A DNA stretch of 64,000 bases from a virus: IMG/VR virus record IMGVR_UViG_3300032070_000632, positions 13,055 through 77,054 of that record, one strand, 5' to 3'. Below are positions 1 through 10,284 of the stretch, piece after piece. The translations under genes and the position numbers were made by a program. Position 1 is the stretch's first letter. Each line of letters starts with the position of its first letter. A model generated the notes under the pieces. That model saw only the letters and a list, made by a program, of their open reading frames with translations, was not told the origin of the DNA and searched no databases.

Positions 1-12
1 AATGGTAAAAAT

Positions 13-522
13 ATGACGGAAATATTATCCATAATTTTGGCTTTCCTGTTAATCGGCGGCTCGTCTTTATTTAATGGACCGGCGGATATTGGGGGAATGA
101 CCAAACCGAAGTCATTGCCTAAGTCTTATGAAGTTAGCAACGCTAAAGATGTTGACGCCAATAAAATAATTGATTTAATAAACGAATACCGGACGGGAAA
201 AGGATTAAATAAATTATCAAAAAACGATACGCTTAAATCCAGCAGTAAATTAAAGGTCGCTGACATGGACGCCAATGATTATTTTGGCCATTACAGCCCG
301 AGCGGAGAAAAATGGTCGGTTAATTTTAAGAAAGCCGGTTATAAATATAAAACTTCGGGCGAAGTCCTGGCGATTGGTTATGCCACGCCGGCGGAGATAG
401 TGATTGGCTGGGAAAATTCTCCATCCCATAACAATATTTTAATTTATGCCAATTATAAAGAAATTAATTGTGCGAGCATTAAAACATTGGTGGCTTGCCA
501 TTTCGGCGAACCAACTGATTAA
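13..522 (+). CDS. CAP/SCP domain secreted or membrane-anchored protein
   Basis: N-terminal hydrophobic segment; LINEYR, YFGH, GEVLA and WENSPSHNNIL CAP motifs. Confidence 0.85.
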   Translation: MTEILSIILAFLLIGGSSLFNGPADIGGMTKPKSLPKSYEVSNAKDVDANKIIDLINEYRTGKGLNKLSKNDTLKSSSKLKVADMDANDYFGHYSPSGEKWSVNFKKAGYKYKTSGEVLAIGYATPAEIVIGWENSPSHNNILIYANYKEINCASIKTLVACHFGEPTD

Positions 523-526
523 ACTT

Positions 527-955
527 ATGCTAAACATATTTTTCAACGTCAAAAAGAAAGAGGTAGAACCGAAGATATATTCCATTTTATATCGGATTGA
601 TTTTAACAACCGAAATTTTGTTCAAGCATTATGGACGGGCATCGCTTATTCTTTAGAGGAAGCGGCCGAGTATGCTTTGCAAACTACCAAAAAAGAAAAT
701 CCTAATATTCAAGCGATAAACCATACTGTTTTAGCTCATAACATCATTACCTTGAAAGATTTGCACGCCATGTTATCCGCCGCGGGAGCGATGGAAGTTA
801 TTATGACCGAGGATAAAATTGAGATTGAACTGGATGATAAACAGAAATTAATGAAAACCATAATCAGTAAAAAAGATTCCGAGATGTTAAAACAAAACCA
901 GACTAAATTCTCTAAAGCGGAAGTGAAATATATTGAGGAAGAAATAAAAAAATAA
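527..955 (+). CDS. hypothetical phage protein
   Basis: ORF 446..955; ATG at 527 directly follows the upstream stop. Confidence 0.6.
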   Translation: MLNIFFNVKKKEVEPKIYSILYRIDFNNRNFVQALWTGIAYSLEEAAEYALQTTKKENPNIQAINHTVLAHNIITLKDLHAMLSAAGAMEVIMTEDKIEIELDDKQKLMKTIISKKDSEMLKQNQTKFSKAEVKYIEEEIKK

Positions 956-966
956 TAAATTATCGT

Positions 967-1494
967 ATGATGGAAATGACGGTTGAAGCGCCAATTTGGG
1001 GAGCTGGGTGTCCCAAGATGTTTGGCTGGCAACAACACGGTTTCGGCCGGTTGGGCGTGGGCGTGCGAGAAGATATTTTACGCCAGCATAGCCAGGTGAA
1101 GATTAATTTTAAACAAGGAAGCATTAAGGGAATATTGGTTGATTGCCAAACGGCTTTGAAATACGCCGAGACGTATAAATCTTTTCAATATCTTCGGGGC
1201 GGGATAAAAATAATCATTTTTCCGGTATTGGCGTTTCAAATTATTAAGGAAGAAAAACCAGAGATAGACGAATGGGACTTAAATTCAATTCGTTATCCGG
1301 AACTTGATTATAAGGAAGTTTATTCTTTGCGTTTATTTTTTAAAGGAAAAACCAAAGAAGAAATTATTGCCGTTGGAGAAAAAACAAAAGATGAGTGGTG
1401 GGATGCCTTTTTAGCTAAAAATTTTGAACGAGCCGATAAAATAGCCAAACGACTTAATTATTGGCGGAAACTTTATGAGGAAACATTTTGTTAA
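967..1494 (+). CDS. hypothetical phage protein
   Basis: 175 aa ORF packed in operon. Confidence 0.6.
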   Translation: MMEMTVEAPIWGAGCPKMFGWQQHGFGRLGVGVREDILRQHSQVKINFKQGSIKGILVDCQTALKYAETYKSFQYLRGGIKIIIFPVLAFQIIKEEKPEIDEWDLNSIRYPELDYKEVYSLRLFFKGKTKEEIIAVGEKTKDEWWDAFLAKNFERADKIAKRLNYWRKLYEETFC

Positions 1495-1536
1495 TTGACT
1501 TTTTTTCGTTTTTATTATAAATTAAATACAAGGAGT

Positions 1537-1824
1537 ATGTTTAAATTTAAAGAACCAGTAAAAATAGAGGTCATGGTAACGCCTCGGCTGGGCAAAGATG
1601 CTTTAATTACCACCTCAGTATTTTCTGGAAAAAATGAAGGATTGAATTTAGAAGCAATATTTTTCATTTTTCATTCACTGTACAAATCAATCTTGCACAA
1701 TACTTTTATGAAGAGCAAGGATATAAATTTACAGCAATTTTGCGAAAAAATAAATGAAAAAATTGTCACGGAAGAAGTTAATGTGGAAACATTCAAAGAA
1801 TTAAAAAAATTATTTACTACTTAA
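1537..1824 (+). CDS. hypothetical phage protein
   Basis: AGGAG immediately before ATG 1537; TTGACT at 1495 may be a -35 box. Confidence 0.55.
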   Translation: MFKFKEPVKIEVMVTPRLGKDALITTSVFSGKNEGLNLEAIFFIFHSLYKSILHNTFMKSKDINLQQFCEKINEKIVTEEVNVETFKELKKLFTT

Positions 1825-1831
1825 AAAAAAT

Positions 1832-2302
1832 ATGTATTTTCACAAAACAACCAACAATCAATATCCGCAAGGATTTTATTTAAGCGACATTCGCCTGTTC
1901 GCCATTGGCATAAAACATTTTGCCGCTGGCGGTGGTCAGATTGACATTCTTTATCGCCAGATAAATTGGAATGTTATTTTTTCCCTTCCATTATCCGCTC
2001 CCTCTCGGGAATCAGCGATAACTGTTTTGGCAAAAGTGCAACAGACGTTATTCGGCGTATCGACCAAGAGCAGTGATGCGATGGTTGATATTTTAAAAAG
2101 TAAATTTTCCGAATCGGAAAAGAAAAAAATAGAGGAACCAAGAGATGAAGATGAAGTTGAAACTCATGATTACAAGGAAGCAAAAATAAACGAGGAGGTT
2201 GAAAAGGAAATTTTAGATGATAACGGGGCATCGTCCGGAGAAGCGACAATAGAGGCGGAAAAGAAAGAAGAAACGGAAGACGTCCAAACAGAAAAAGAAT
2301 AA
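1832..2302 (+). CDS. hypothetical protein with acidic C-terminus
   Basis: 156 aa ORF packed in operon. Confidence 0.6.
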   Translation: MYFHKTTNNQYPQGFYLSDIRLFAIGIKHFAAGGGQIDILYRQINWNVIFSLPLSAPSRESAITVLAKVQQTLFGVSTKSSDAMVDILKSKFSESEKKKIEEPRDEDEVETHDYKEAKINEEVEKEILDDNGASSGEATIEAEKKEETEDVQTEKE

Positions 2303-2309
2303 AATAAAT

Positions 2310-2723
2310 ATGAAATTGCATAAGTTTCTTAAAGAAGAGACATTCTTGAAGTATCTTGATAAAAAATCAATTCATTTTTATCAAATTACTCCAAAACAAA
2401 GCAACTTATTAAAAAAGATAAGAAATTTTTTCTTGTCTTTTTTATTTGAAAATCATATTCAACTGCCAATCTTCACCAAAGAAGGCGGAGTTGATAAAAA
2501 TGTTTTGTTGTATGATTGTTTTTTCAGCAATGTTTTTTTAAATTTAATCGTTGCCAAAAAAGAAACTTGCTGGATTTTACTGGGAATGCCGCAAACGCAC
2601 AATGAAAAAGTTTTTGCCGTAAAAATGAAAGCGGAAAGGAATGTTCAAAATAATACAGTACATTGGCATTTCATTCAGACGCCGATAATGAACAAAGATG
2701 AAGTTAAAATAAACAGCAGATAG
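2310..2723 (+). CDS. hypothetical phage protein
   Basis: 137 aa ORF packed in operon. Confidence 0.55.
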   Translation: MKLHKFLKEETFLKYLDKKSIHFYQITPKQSNLLKKIRNFFLSFLFENHIQLPIFTKEGGVDKNVLLYDCFFSNVFLNLIVAKKETCWILLGMPQTHNEKVFAVKMKAERNVQNNTVHWHFIQTPIMNKDEVKINSR

Positions 2724-2746
2724 AAATTAATCGCTGATATTTTTAT

Positions 2747-2762
2747 GAACTGCCGGACAGTC
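2747..2762 (+). promoter_or_regulatory. late-leader motif GAACTGCnnGACAGTC, copy 1
   Basis: GAACTGCCGGACAGTC upstream of terminase; same motif at 9478 and 23798. Confidence 0.65.
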
Positions 2763-2790
2763 TGTTGTGGCTGTCTTTTTTTAAAAAAAT

Positions 2791-5700
2791 ATGCCACGAC
2801 CAAGAAAAAACATAAAGCCAAAGTATAAGACGATTGAAAGCCGAGCGGTTATTTATCCGCCTTTCTCTAAAATAAAAGACTTGACCGAGAAGCAAAAAAA
2901 TCGTTTGAATTTTTTGCGTCAATACGGCCAGTTTTTTGATGAGCCGCCGGTAACGATTGGCGAATTTATCAATTCTCCGGATTATCTTAATTTGGAAGGA
3001 GTTTGCCGCCAGCGTATCCGCAGGGAATTAATAAATATCTTCGGTGATGAAGTTGACCCTTACAGTTTATCAAAAAATTTGTATGCTTTAATCACGGGCG
3101 GAATCGGGTTGGGAAAATGCCATAAAAAAGGCACGCAAATTTTAATGTATGATGGTTCTCTTAAAAAAGTGGAAGACATTAAAATCGGCGATTTATTAAT
3201 GGGAGATGATGGCGATTATCGCACTGTTTTAAATTTAAGTAGGGGCAAGGAAATGATGTATTGGGTAAGACAAAAAAAGGGTATGGATTATTGCGTTAAT
3301 GAATCGCATATTTTAAGTTTAAAAAAACATAATGGAGATATTGTTGATATAGATATAAAAACATACCTGTCTTTGAATAATAGAGAAAAATTACATGGGT
3401 GGAAATCAATTTTATCCGATAAAAAAATAATTTTTACTGATATAAAATTAGAAAAAGACTGTGTTGATAAGTATTATGGATTTGAATTAGATAAAAACCA
3501 TAGATATTTATTAAAAGATTTCACTGTTTGCCATAACAGTTTTGCTGGTGGCATTATATTCTCATATTTGGTTTATCGTTTGCTTTGTATAAAAAATCCT
3601 CAAGCATTTTACGGTTTTGCTCCCAATACCCGCCTTTCTTTCATGAATATGTGTCTTGATGGTGACGAAGAAGTTTATTTATCAGACGGTAGTAGGTTGA
3701 AAATGAAAGATATTGATTTATTAAAAAATAAAAATGTTTTATCAATATCTAATATTGATAAATACAATAAGAATAATGCCGTTATTGATGTTAAAAAAAT
3801 AAAAAAATCTGTATATACCGGATATAAAAAGGCATATAAATTATCTCTAAAAAACGGCACTTCTATAATTGCCACAAATAATCATCCCTTTTTTGTAAAA
3901 AATAAAGGCTGGACCGCATTAAGCGATTTAATTATTGGCGAAGATGAATTAATGACCGTTAATTTTTTACCAATTAATGGCAAAAAAGAAATACCAGAAA
4001 ATGAAGTAAAGATATTAGCCTATTTAATTGGCAACGGTTGTACTAAAAATCCATCCGTTTCATTTAGTTCAAGCAATAAAAAAGTGTTGAAGGAGTATGA
4101 GGAAGCGTGCTTATTATATCCAGATATAAAACACGTCAGAAAAGTATTAAAAAAGAATAAAAAAACTTTTGAACTTATCACGGCAATAAAAAAGATGGGA
4201 AATAGATTTATAAAGAGAGAAAATCCGATAAAAACTCTTTGTATTAAATATGGTTTATATGGCAAAACGGCATTAAAGAAAAGAATACCAGCAAAAATAT
4301 TTCAATTAAATGACAATTTATTAAAAATATTTATTTCTCGGTTATGGGCTACTGATGGATGTATTTATGCTCGTGATAATGAAAGTTGTTGTTTAGTGTA
4401 TTCTACATCATCTCCGGAACTGGCATTAGACGTTAAAAATATAATGATGTATTTTAACATACCAATGAGAATATTAGAAAGAAGAACTGATTATGGATTT
4501 ACTAAAGGAAAAAAAACAAACAAAGGATACCAAGTATATTGCGGGGAACAATGGGCGATAAAAAAATTTATTGAAGAAATAGGAATTTTTGGCAGAGAAG
4601 AAAAATGTCAAAAATTTCTTAAAATGATTAAGATTAAAAAAGAATATAAAAATAAAAAAATTACTTATAGCGGAATTAAATCAATAAAATTTATTGGAAA
4701 AAGGAAGGTATATGATGTTGAAGTAGAAGATACTCATAATTTTATTGTTAATGGCATTGTTTGCCATAATTCAACTAGCAAGAATAATGCCATGGACGTA
4801 CTTTTCGGAGAAGTGAAAGCCCGCATTGAAACATCGCCCTGGTTTATGAAAGGCAAATATTTGCCTGACCCAAGATTCACTAACATTTTAAAATTTCCTA
4901 AAAATGTTTTCGTTATTCCTGGCGACTCTTCGGAAACTACTTTTGAAGGTTATAATATTATTGGCGGAATCCTCGATGAAGCCGATTCGCATAAAATTAC
5001 TTCTCGCAAAGATTACGCCGACCAGGGATTTGATACCATTAAAATTCGCGTTACCTCCCGTTCCAATCCTAAATTTGGCCACATTGGTTTTTTATTGGTA
5101 ATCGGTTCAAAGAAAAAACAAAAAGGATTTATCGCCAGAAAGTACGAGGAGTTTAAAAATATGCCGGATGCTTATGCCGTGCATTTGCCGATTTGGGAAG
5201 CCAGGGATAAATCAGATTTTACCAGAAAGAAAAATTTTTATTTTAACGTCTTAACTAAAGAACCATGCGAATTTAGAGATTGGAACAGCGGAAACAATCC
5301 GATTGTTTTAAAGATACCGATTGAATACGGCCATGATTTTCTTACCAATCCAGACAAAGCCCTGCGTGACTTGGCCGGTTATCCGCCATATGCCAGACAG
5401 CCATTTTTTTCCTTAGTGGAAAAAATACAAACCATTGGTTCTTCCGGCGTAATACAGAATCCGGTCAAACAAGCCGTATCCACGGAAATTGTCTTTCATA
5501 ACTGGTTTATTGGCGGAAATCATAAATATTATGTTCATTTCGATTTAGGTTTGAATAAAGATGGCGGAGATTTCTGCGGCATGGCAATGGGGCATTTGGC
5601 TGATTATCAAAAAGTTGATAATGAAATGAAACCAATCGTGCATATGGATTTGATGTTGCGGATTGAAGCTTCGCCCGCCGGAGAAATAATTATTTCTCAG

Positions 5701-6993
5701 TTGCGAAGGGTAATTTATGATTTAAAAGACAATCATGGATTCAATATTGTTGCCGTTACTTTTGACGGCTGGGAGTCTTCCGAGAGCATCCAGCAACTTA
5801 AAAAGAAAAGAATCAACGCCAAAATAATTTCCATTGACCGGACTAATGAATGTTATGATGATTTGAAAGACGTACTCTATGAAGACCGGTTCGTCAGTTA
5901 TTATTATCAGCCTTTTATTGACGAATGTTTGGAATTAGAACATACTGATAGTGGGAAGATTGACCATCCAGCATTTGGATGTTTTACTGGAGAAACAAGA
6001 GTGGCTTTAGCTGACGGCACTAACCCAACTTTTAAGGAACTTGCGGAAAGAAAAAAAGAATTTTATGTTTATTCTATAAATAAAGAAGGCATTTGCATAA
6101 CTGAAGCCAGAAATGCCAGAATAACAAAAAAGGCGACTGAACTTGCCGAAATAGTATTAGATAATTTTCAAGTCATAAGATGCACGCCTGAACATTTGTT
6201 TATGACTTTAGATGGTGGATGGATACAAGCAAAGAATCTTACTATGGATATTCCAATAATGCCATTATATAGAGCAAGGTGTTATAAAGGCGGTTATGCT
6301 GATTATGAACGGGTATGGTGTCCAATAAAAAGAAAAAGAATTTTAACTCATCATTTAGCAGTCGGCGGATGTTCGAAGGGAATGGTTGTTCATCATAAAG
6401 ATGAAATAAAACACAATAATAACCCTAAAAATTTGCAATTAATGACCATTAGCGAACATTATTATTATCATGGTAATAATAATTGGGATAAAAAAGAAAA
6501 AAAGATGCGGAAAGGACACGAGAAATATCGTAATGATAAAAATGCACAATTAAAACACTCGGAAAGAATGAAAAAAAAATGGCAGGAAGGTGTTTATGGA
6601 GAAAAGGCAAAAAAATGTGCGATTGAAAATTGTGAAAATATTTCTGAGGCAAGAGGATTATGCGATTTACATTATCAGCGTGCGAAACGGGCAAAAATAC
6701 TTCCAGAAACAATAGGAAAAACTAAAAAAAATCATCGTATTTTATCTGTAAAAATAGTTAATGTAAATGAGGATGTTTATGATTTAACCGTTCCTAAAAC
6801 TGAAAATTTTGCTTTAACTTCTGGAGTATTTGTTCATAATTCAAAAGATGTGGCCGATGCCGTGGCATCCGTCACGCACCAGATTGTTTTAAACCGACGC
6901 CGAGCGTCAATGGTTATAAATCAGCCGATTATTTTAGGCGATAACCGGATGGTTATGTCTAATAATAAATTTTATGAAAAAATCAATCGTTAA
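2791..6993 (+). CDS. terL: terminase large subunit precursor with three inteins (600 aa after splicing)
   Basis: Walker A GGIGLGK|S, Walker B ILDEAD, nuclease motifs HFDLG, TFDGW, IDHP..G|SKDVADA; lies upstream of portal. Confidence 0.93.
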   Translation: MPRPRKNIKPKYKTIESRAVIYPPFSKIKDLTEKQKNRLNFLRQYGQFFDEPPVTIGEFINSPDYLNLEGVCRQRIRRELINIFGDEVDPYSLSKNLYALITGGIGLGKCHKKGTQILMYDGSLKKVEDIKIGDLLMGDDGDYRTVLNLSRGKEMMYWVRQKKGMDYCVNESHILSLKKHNGDIVDIDIKTYLSLNNREKLHGWKSILSDKKIIFTDIKLEKDCVDKYYGFELDKNHRYLLKDFTVCHNSFAGGIIFSYLVYRLLCIKNPQAFYGFAPNTRLSFMNMCLDGDEEVYLSDGSRLKMKDIDLLKNKNVLSISNIDKYNKNNAVIDVKKIKKSVYTGYKKAYKLSLKNGTSIIATNNHPFFVKNKGWTALSDLIIGEDELMTVNFLPINGKKEIPENEVKILAYLIGNGCTKNPSVSFSSSNKKVLKEYEEACLLYPDIKHVRKVLKKNKKTFELITAIKKMGNRFIKRENPIKTLCIKYGLYGKTALKKRIPAKIFQLNDNLLKIFISRLWATDGCIYARDNESCCLVYSTSSPELALDVKNIMMYFNIPMRILERRTDYGFTKGKKTNKGYQVYCGEQWAIKKFIEEIGIFGREEKCQKFLKMIKIKKEYKNKKITYSGIKSIKFIGKRKVYDVEVEDTHNFIVNGIVCHNSTSKNNAMDVLFGEVKARIETSPWFMKGKYLPDPRFTNILKFPKNVFVIPGDSSETTFEGYNIIGGILDEADSHKITSRKDYADQGFDTIKIRVTSRSNPKFGHIGFLLVIGSKKKQKGFIARKYEEFKNMPDAYAVHLPIWEARDKSDFTRKKNFYFNVLTKEPCEFRDWNSGNNPIVLKIPIEYGHDFLTNPDKALRDLAGYPPYARQPFFSLVEKIQTIGSSGVIQNPVKQAVSTEIVFHNWFIGGNHKYYVHFDLGLNKDGGDFCGMAMGHLADYQKVDNEMKPIVHMDLMLRIEASPAGEIIISQLRRVIYDLKDNHGFNIVAVTFDGWESSESIQQLKKKRINAKIISIDRTNECYDDLKDVLYEDRFVSYYYQPFIDECLELEHTDSGKIDHPAFGCFTGETRVALADGTNPTFKELAERKKEFYVYSINKEGICITEARNARITKKATELAEIVLDNFQVIRCTPEHLFMTLDGGWIQAKNLTMDIPIMPLYRARCYKGGYADYERVWCPIKRKRILTHHLAVGGCSKGMVVHHKDEIKHNNNPKNLQLMTISEHYYYHGNNNWDKKEKKMRKGHEKYRNDKNAQLKHSERMKKKWQEGVYGEKAKKCAIENCENISEARGLCDLHYQRAKRAKILPETIGKTKKNHRILSVKIVNVNEDVYDLTVPKTENFALTSGVFVHNSKDVADAVASVTHQIVLNRRRASMVINQPIILGDNRMVMSNNKFYEKINR
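3118..3537 (+). mobile_element. mini-intein (140 aa) in terminase Walker A
   Basis: Starts CHKKGTQILMYDG, block B NESHIL, ends VCHN|S; no endonuclease domain. Confidence 0.92.
3652..4770 (+). mobile_element. intein (373 aa) with LAGLIDADG homing endonuclease
   Basis: Starts CLDGDEEV, ATNNHPF, LAYLIGNG and LWATDG motifs, ends VCHN|S. Confidence 0.93.
5980..6840 (+). mobile_element. intein (287 aa) with HNH endonuclease and Cys/His zinc module
   Basis: Starts CFTGETRV, CTPEHLF, VVHHKDEIKHNNNPKNL, CAIENC...GLCDLHY, ends FVHN|S. Confidence 0.92.
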
Positions 6994-9193
6994 AGTTGAA
7001 AAATTTAAAAAAGTTTCAACTAAATCCAGCAAAGAAAAAGCGATAAAAGTCAACGAGGATGTTTCTTTATCGCCTAATGATTCTTTGGAATATTCAGACA
7101 TCCGCTGGAAGTTGCCGGATGGCAGTCCTTTTATCCCCGACACTTCCGGTCTTTCCTTGGCTGATTATTACAAAATGACGAAAGATTATCAGGTATCGGC
7201 CTGCATAAACACGATTGCTTTCACCATTCAACAAATAGACTGGGATATTAAATGCGAAGACCAAAAAGTTAGAGACTTTTTGGTTTTTGCGTTTGGGAAA
7301 ATTTGGAATCAGTTAATCCGCGGCATTTCCCAGGCATACTGGGCCGGATTTTCGCCAATGGTTAAAGTTTTTACGCAGGTGGAAAATGGACCCTATGCCG
7401 GCAAAATAATCATTAAAAAGTTAAAAGATTTGGACCCGACTGAAATTGAAGTGTCTAAAAGCAAAGAAGACGGTTCGTTCGAGGGTATGAAAAAGGGCAC
7501 TGATTTAATTTCAGCCGAATATTGTTTTTGGTACACTTTTTTAATGAAAAACGGCAATTATTACGGCACCTATCTTTTAGAGGCCGCTTACATGCCCTAT
7601 TATTATTCGCAGGTAATTCATTTATTCGCTAACCGTTATTATGAAAGATTCGGCGAACCATTAGTGAAGGGAATGTATCCGGAAGACAAAAAAGTCAATT
7701 ATAATGGGGATGAGGTTGATGCCCATGACTACATGGCGGATATAGTGAAAAAACTCCGCAATCATTCCTCAGTGACGATGCCGTCAACCAGAGACGAAAG
7801 CAACAATCCCGACTGGGTATTGGAATATCTGGAATCAAACATGCGAGGCGTTGATTTTGAAACTTATTTAAAACGTCTGGATATTGAAAAAGCCAGGGCT
7901 ATTTTTGTGCCGGATTTGCTGTTCGGCTCGGGTCGGGTAGGTTCTTATAAATTGGGCGACCGCCATACCAATACTTTTTTAACTTTATTAAATTCTTTGA
8001 TTGGCGACATTAAAGACCATATTGATAAATATATTTTGCCGCAATTGGTTGATTATAATTTTTCTAAAAAAGTTGATGCGTTCTGGTCGCCGGAACAACT
8101 TGGTCGTTCTAATGCGGAAATGCTGGAAACGATTGTTCGGGAAATGATACGCCAGGGAATGGCCACCGTCAATGTGGTGGAACTTGGCCGCCGCATCGGA
8201 CTTGATTTGAAAGTGGTGGAAAAAATTGTCAATGAAGAAACAATTAAAAATGAAACCATTAAAAAAGAAAAAGTAAAAGGCGGAATCAAGCAGACGGCGG
8301 TGCCGGATAAAAAAACAAAAGAAAAACAACCGGTTCCCAAAGAGAAACAGCAAAAAAAAAACTATTTTTTTCGCCAATTCGCTGGCAAGAATCTGACCGA
8401 GCGGGAAGCGTCCGTTAATTTTTCATTGTTGCAGAAAACTTACGATGAAAATGAAAAAGAAATGCGGTCCGCTTTAATAGAAGTCGTTTCTAAACAGCAA
8501 GAACGGGTAGAGGAGACGGTTAAAAAAGCCTATAACGAAGGCAACGGAAAGATAAAACAGATTAAATTGGGTTATCGGGGGGCTTACGAAAAGATTTGGC
8601 AATCAATGGTTTTGGCTCTTTACTTGGTGGGAGCGGAAGAAGAGATAAAACGGTCTGACTTGAAAGTTAAAGACATAATCACTAAAGAGGAGCGAAATTT
8701 TTTAGAAGACAATGCGGCTTTAATCGCTAAAACCCAACTGGATGATTTGGAAAATAAAATCAATGAAAAAATATTGCAGATAAATGACTTAAAGGTGGCA
8801 AAAACGGCCGCTCTGGCGATAATCGCTTCCGTCTTCAATGAATTTTCGGCTGATAACAGTTCGCTGGACAAGTCATTACGCCGGTCAGTCGTCTGGGGAG
8901 TGCGTCAGGGCAAGGTGGCCGTGGCGGAACGTTCCGGCAAAGAAATAATGGCTAAAGTTTGGTCGGCGATATTAGACGACCATGTTTGCCCGTTATGCGA
9001 GAAATTGCACGGTTCATACATTAAAACTGATTCGGAATATTTTTCCGCTCTAGTGCCGCCGGCTCACTACTTTTGCCGATGCGAGGAAATAATAGTTTAC
9101 GAAGGACAGGAAAAAAACAGCGATGAAAAAAAGTTCGTCAAGCCGTCAAAAGAATTAATTAATAAATATGGAGGATTATTGCCTTCAATATAG
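6974..9193 (+). CDS. portal protein (DUF935/Mu gp29-like) fused to MuF-type minor head domain
   Basis: Follows terL; YYERFGEP and GSYKLG portal motifs; C-terminal WSAILDDHVCPLC...PPAHYFCRC. Confidence 0.88.
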   Translation: MKKSIVKVEKFKKVSTKSSKEKAIKVNEDVSLSPNDSLEYSDIRWKLPDGSPFIPDTSGLSLADYYKMTKDYQVSACINTIAFTIQQIDWDIKCEDQKVRDFLVFAFGKIWNQLIRGISQAYWAGFSPMVKVFTQVENGPYAGKIIIKKLKDLDPTEIEVSKSKEDGSFEGMKKGTDLISAEYCFWYTFLMKNGNYYGTYLLEAAYMPYYYSQVIHLFANRYYERFGEPLVKGMYPEDKKVNYNGDEVDAHDYMADIVKKLRNHSSVTMPSTRDESNNPDWVLEYLESNMRGVDFETYLKRLDIEKARAIFVPDLLFGSGRVGSYKLGDRHTNTFLTLLNSLIGDIKDHIDKYILPQLVDYNFSKKVDAFWSPEQLGRSNAEMLETIVREMIRQGMATVNVVELGRRIGLDLKVVEKIVNEETIKNETIKKEKVKGGIKQTAVPDKKTKEKQPVPKEKQQKKNYFFRQFAGKNLTEREASVNFSLLQKTYDENEKEMRSALIEVVSKQQERVEETVKKAYNEGNGKIKQIKLGYRGAYEKIWQSMVLALYLVGAEEEIKRSDLKVKDIITKEERNFLEDNAALIAKTQLDDLENKINEKILQINDLKVAKTAALAIIASVFNEFSADNSSLDKSLRRSVVWGVRQGKVAVAERSGKEIMAKVWSAILDDHVCPLCEKLHGSYIKTDSEYFSALVPPAHYFCRCEEIIVYEGQEKNSDEKKFVKPSKELINKYGGLLPSI

Positions 9194-9202
9194 GATGCTC
9201 AT

Positions 9203-9448
9203 ATGATTGAAGTTCCAAACAAGGAAAAGGTATATGAACATCGCTGTTTTTGCCGACCGCAAGTGTTGCTAGGCATAGTAGGATTAGATTATTACGAATT
9301 TAAGGCTAATAAACCGAAACATTATTTAAAATTTATCGGCGATGGAGTGGTTGAAGTGATGTGCAATAATTGTTTTCGCCTGCATCGTTTTCATTTATCC
9401 GACCTGAGAAAAAAATTGTCAGAGCCGAAAATTGACACAAAAGAATAA
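9203..9448 (+). CDS. small zinc-ribbon protein (Mu Com-like, possible regulator)
   Basis: RCFC...LL and CNNC pairs. Confidence 0.5.
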   Translation: MIEVPNKEKVYEHRCFCRPQVLLGIVGLDYYEFKANKPKHYLKFIGDGVVEVMCNNCFRLHRFHLSDLRKKLSEPKIDTKE

Positions 9449-9493
9449 AACGTTATATAATATATTCATAAGCCCTCGAACTGCATGACAGTC
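9432..9493 (+). promoter_or_regulatory. sigma70-type promoter plus late-leader motif copy 2
   Basis: TTGACA 9432, 18 nt spacer, TATAAT 9456; GAACTGCATGACAGTC 9478-9493. Confidence 0.7.
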
Positions 9494-9540
9494 AAAAAGG
9501 CTATATTCCTATTTTTGATTTATTTATGCAGTTTTTTTAT

Positions 9541-9708
9541 ATGGAAGAATTTTTAAAAGCAGTAGCCAATTTCGGTTTTCCGATTGTGGTAGCCGTCTAT
9601 TTGCTTTTCCGAATGGAAAAAAAAATGGAACAATTGAGCGGCGAAATAGGAAATTTAAGTAAAACTATTATTTCTTTATGCGAAAAGATAGATAGTTTGC
9701 GGAGATAA
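9541..9708 (+). CDS. YvrJ-family small membrane protein (holin-like)
   Basis: ANFGFPIVVAVYLLFRMEKK signature. Confidence 0.75.
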   Translation: MEEFLKAVANFGFPIVVAVYLLFRMEKKMEQLSGEIGNLSKTIISLCEKIDSLRR

Positions 9709-9712
9709 CCAT

Positions 9713-10024
9713 ATGTTTGATGCTTTATTTTCGGTCATGCAAACTCCATATTTCTGGCAATCGCTGGGAATGGTGAGTGCCACTTCTTTGTTCATTTCTC
9801 CGATTTTGTACAATGGCGACTATAAAGCTGCCACCAAGACGGTAATTTGCATAGGTTTATACGGATTTTACATAGCTTTGCTTAGTTTCTTCCATTTATT
9901 GGAGGAAGGGAAAAATATGACTTCATGGATGCAACCGATTGACATTGTTGTCTTTGTGACAGTCGCTTACGTATTTGGATTGTATTTAGGAATTTTTTTA
10001 CAAAGAAAAATACTTAGAAAATAA
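9713..10024 (+). CDS. membrane protein, about 3 TM segments
   Basis: Hydrophobic segments and basic C-terminus. Confidence 0.65.
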   Translation: MFDALFSVMQTPYFWQSLGMVSATSLFISPILYNGDYKAATKTVICIGLYGFYIALLSFFHLLEEGKNMTSWMQPIDIVVFVTVAYVFGLYLGIFLQRKILRK

Positions 10025-10035
10025 CCAATAATTTT

Positions 10036-10284
10036 ATGCCATACCCAGGCGTATCTCCATCTCAAACAGCTAAAGTAGAAAGTTGCGTCAGTGATTTGAT
10101 GGCTGACCCAAAGTTCAAACCACGCAAAAAAGGTCAAACTAAAAAGAGTGCCGCCGTGGCAGTCTGCGTTTCTTCCGTTAAGGGCGATAAAAAGTCCAAG
10201 GATTATCAAGAAGAAATTTTTGATAAATACGTGGCCACGCCCGAAGCGGAAGATTTTGTTAAACGAACGGAAACATATGAATAA
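10036..10284 (+). CDS. small head-module protein
   Basis: 82 aa ORF overlapping protease start; ends AEDFVKRTETYE. Confidence 0.65.
   Translation: MPYPGVSPSQTAKVESCVSDLMADPKFKPRKKGQTKKSAAVAVCVSSVKGDKKSKDYQEEIFDKYVATPEAEDFVKRTETYE

Noticed and set aside
527-2723. Terminase small subunit among upstream ORFs
   Set aside because: No recognisable HTH or TerS pattern; cannot be assigned without a search
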